IMG/VR virus record: IMGVR_UViG_3300042892_003817
Length of the DNA stretch: 64,000 bases
Reading direction: 5' to 3' (one strand)
From: a virus
Lineage: Duplodnaviria > Heunggongvirae > Uroviricota > Caudoviricetes
The notes under the pieces are model-generated. The model was given only the letters and a program-made list of their open reading frames with translations, was not told where the DNA came from and ran no database searches. Made by a program: the position numbers and the translations under genes. Each line of letters opens with the position of its first letter. The first letter of the stretch is position 1. Below, piece after piece: positions 62,066 through 64,000 of the stretch.

Positions 62066-62278
62066 CTTTTTTTACCAACCTTGGTCTTTCAGGGTTTCTG
62101 ATTGAGTGCAATAAGTGACGCCTTCCTACTATAAACCCTTGTTCGGAAATTAATACACTCTACTTCTCAATTAACAGCGAGCATTGGTAATTTTAAAACA
62201 TTCCAGCCACATTGGGAGAGCCGCAGTTCCCACGTTGTTTAAAGACTTTCTTGGCGGACCTATCTACTGGGGTGTGTT

Positions 62279-62479
62279 TTACTTTGTGGTTGCAGCGTCG
62301 ATTGAATCCTGAACTTTTTCAGTTTCAATGATTGCACCTTCTTCTGTTGTATCAACTGATGCTGAATCAACTACTACTGCTGTTGAGTCTACTGTTGTTA
62401 ATCTTGCAGGTGCTTCTACTTTTTTACAAGACACTAATACTGCTGATACTAATGCTAATACTAAAAATACTTTTTTCAT
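62279..62479 (-). CDS. small lipoprotein (66 aa)
   Basis: MKKVFLVLALVSAVLVSC signal peptide with LVSC lipobox. Confidence 0.5.
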   Translation of the reverse strand: MKKVFLVLALVSAVLVSCKKVEAPARLTTVDSTAVVVDSASVDTTEEGAIIETEKVQDSIDAATTK

Positions 62480-62495
62480 TTTTACTTTCTTTTGT

Positions 62496-62541
62496 TATTA
62501 ATAATACTTAAAGATACGAACTTTAATTCAATTGAGCAACT
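62496..62541 (-). promoter_or_regulatory. promoter module
   Basis: atacttaaagatacgaactttaattcaattgagcaact (close copy of module 4935-4987). Confidence 0.45.
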
Positions 62542-62547
62542 TTTTTA

Positions 62548-63018
62548 TTAAAAAGATACTGTTGAAAGTACTTTAATAATTGTAAATTCAGGATCAAAAT
62601 CTTTATCTAATTTTTTTGCAACAATTAAATCGATTGATGTTCCGTTTTTTTGCTCAACCCATAATTCTTTTACAAATGTTGTTGAATTGATTTCATTTGT
62701 ATCTACATCTCTTGTGATTGTGAATACTGCTACTTGTACTTGTCTTGGTGCCATGTTATTTTGAATTTGATTTGTTGAATAATTAATTGTTGAATTTCCT
62801 TGTAGGGTTAATCCTTGGTTAAAGTTTGTTCCCGATATTGTAAGTTTTTCTGAAGGATTAATACATCCCATTCCTACTGTTCCGTTTATATGTGTTGTAG
62901 AATTTCCGGATATTGTTGTTCCTGAGTATCCGTTTATAGTGGATGTTCCTGTTGTTATTCCTGTTGTAGTTATATTACAAGGATTGTTTGTCAGCCAGTT
63001 GCTGTTTGTTTCGTTCAT
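62548..63018 (-). CDS. hypothetical T/G/N-rich protein (156 aa), possibly a virion or fibre-associated protein
   Basis: Low-complexity TTGITTGTSTINGYSGTTISGNSTT repeats. Confidence 0.4.
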   Translation of the reverse strand: MNETNSNWLTNNPCNITTTGITTGTSTINGYSGTTISGNSTTHINGTVGMGCINPSEKLTISGTNFNQGLTLQGNSTINYSTNQIQNNMAPRQVQVAVFTITRDVDTNEINSTTFVKELWVEQKNGTSIDLIVAKKLDKDFDPEFTIIKVLSTVSF

Positions 63019-63022
63019 AATC

Positions 63023-63913
63023 TTAATTGTTATGGTTATCTAATACTTTTGTTACCTCTGCTACCACATGTTCCCATGTTACTGGTCCTGTTTCGTCTGC
63101 ATAAGGAGCTGGATCTTTTCTTCCTAATTTAATAAATGCTTCTACTCTTTCAACTGATGAAGCTGATTTATAATCTGAGTACCATTCTCCAAATTTAGTT
63201 CTAAGTGTTTCTTCTACTCTTGAGTTACTTTCAGGTCCAGGTATCCAAATTGGTTTATAAGATGTGTTAGTTCTTTTATAAACTTCATCAAAATTTAATC
63301 CTAATTCTTCACATAATACTTCTCCGTCTTGTAAGATAGTAAATTTATCTCCTTTCAAGTAAGGTGTAAAATACCCTACATTTTCAGCTCCCCAATTTCC
63401 TATTCTAAATGCATAATCATCAGCATCACGGAATTCTTGTCTACAATCAGGATAAATTGCATGATCTCCAGCGTGAATACCTAAAGCAATACTACAAAAT
63501 TCACCTGTTCTTTGAGCAACTGATAAAGCTATTGCTTGAGTAATAGAAGCAAATATTTTGTTTCTGTTAGGAACAACTGTTGCTTTCATATTATCTTCTG
63601 CATAGTGACCTTCTGGTACATCTTCACCTCCAGTTACTAAAGCTGAATCTAGTAAGTCAACTAATCCGTCTAGTTTGATTTGGCGATAGTTTACTTTTGG
63701 GTAAAATATGTAATTACTTCCATTAGCTTCAATAGAATCGTTTGAATTTATATAATTCACCAATGATTGAGCTCTATCTAGCTCTACTCTGTGTTTTTGA
63801 CCATAGTCAAATGAGATAGCTGTTACACTATCATACTCTTTTAGACATCTAAGTAATAATGTACTTGAGTCCATTCCTCCACTTAAGGATACTACAACAT
63901 GTTTTTTAGACAT
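63023..63913 (-). CDS. queC: 7-cyano-7-deazaguanine synthase QueC (PP-loop ATPase) with a C-terminal extension (296 aa)
   Basis: VVVSLSGGMDSSTLL PP-loop SGGxDS motif and QueC-like core. Confidence 0.75.
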   Translation of the reverse strand: MSKKHVVVSLSGGMDSSTLLLRCLKEYDSVTAISFDYGQKHRVELDRAQSLVNYINSNDSIEANGSNYIFYPKVNYRQIKLDGLVDLLDSALVTGGEDVPEGHYAEDNMKATVVPNRNKIFASITQAIALSVAQRTGEFCSIALGIHAGDHAIYPDCRQEFRDADDYAFRIGNWGAENVGYFTPYLKGDKFTILQDGEVLCEELGLNFDEVYKRTNTSYKPIWIPGPESNSRVEETLRTKFGEWYSDYKSASSVERVEAFIKLGRKDPAPYADETGPVTWEHVVAEVTKVLDNHNN

Positions 63914-64000
63914 AATTTATAATTTTAAATAAGCCAGGTATTTTAAGCGTATAGGCAAACGCTATAGTTGTTGAGTTTTAAAATACTCTTGTAAGAACTC

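Noticed and set aside
1-64000. Prophage, integrative or transposable element features (integrase, transposase, att sites, IS inverted repeats)
   Set aside because: No recombinase-like ORF and no terminal inverted repeats. The only selfish elements are two HNH endonuclease genes. The window looks like a lytic phage genome interior.

Overview
This window reads as a contiguous segment of a large virulent phage genome. The host is probably a Bacteroidota (Flavobacteriia-type) bacterium, inferred from about 30 copies of a promoter module with the Bacteroidetes sigma-A-like layout (TTG, about 20 nt spacer, then TAnnTTTAG) and from Bacteroidetes-style lipoprotein and O-glycosylation-type genes. Every credible gene is on the minus strand.

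From low to high coordinates the window holds: (1) an early region of roughly 40 small orphan ORFs, each behind its own copy of the promoter module, with UUCG-tetraloop hairpins often built into the module. (2) An iteron array (AACGGGT-like heptamers in 11-bp phase) flanking a 270-bp polypyrimidine tract at 6.96-7.48 kb, a candidate replication origin. (3) An 11-kb nucleotide-sugar and glycosyltransferase island at 15.6-26.4 kb with two GT2, two GT4, an SDR epimerase/dehydratase, two DegT-family PLP enzymes, a hexapeptide N-acetyltransferase and a SAM methyltransferase. (4) A Cas4-like nuclease and a lysis cassette with a GH19-type endolysin. (5) groES-groEL and a family-A DNA polymerase. (6) A complete 7-deazaguanine DNA-hypermodification cluster: FolE, QueD, QueE, QueF, a PurN/Fmt-like formyltransferase and a candidate DpdA transglycosylase, with QueC at the far end of the window. 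A Gpt-like phosphoribosyltransferase, a P-loop kinase, MazG and a secreted Endonuclease_NS-like nuclease are embedded in that cluster and are not part of the canonical pathway. (7) A split RNA-repair module (Rnl2-like ligase, Pnk-like kinase, calcineurin-like phosphoesterase). (8) Immediately next to it, a tRNA array of at least 22 tRNAs in two blocks separated by an HNH endonuclease, with several degenerate or half tRNA remnants and unexplained spacers.

No integrase, transposase or CRISPR array is present. tRNA coordinates are approximate to about 2 nt. Anticodons were read by hand.
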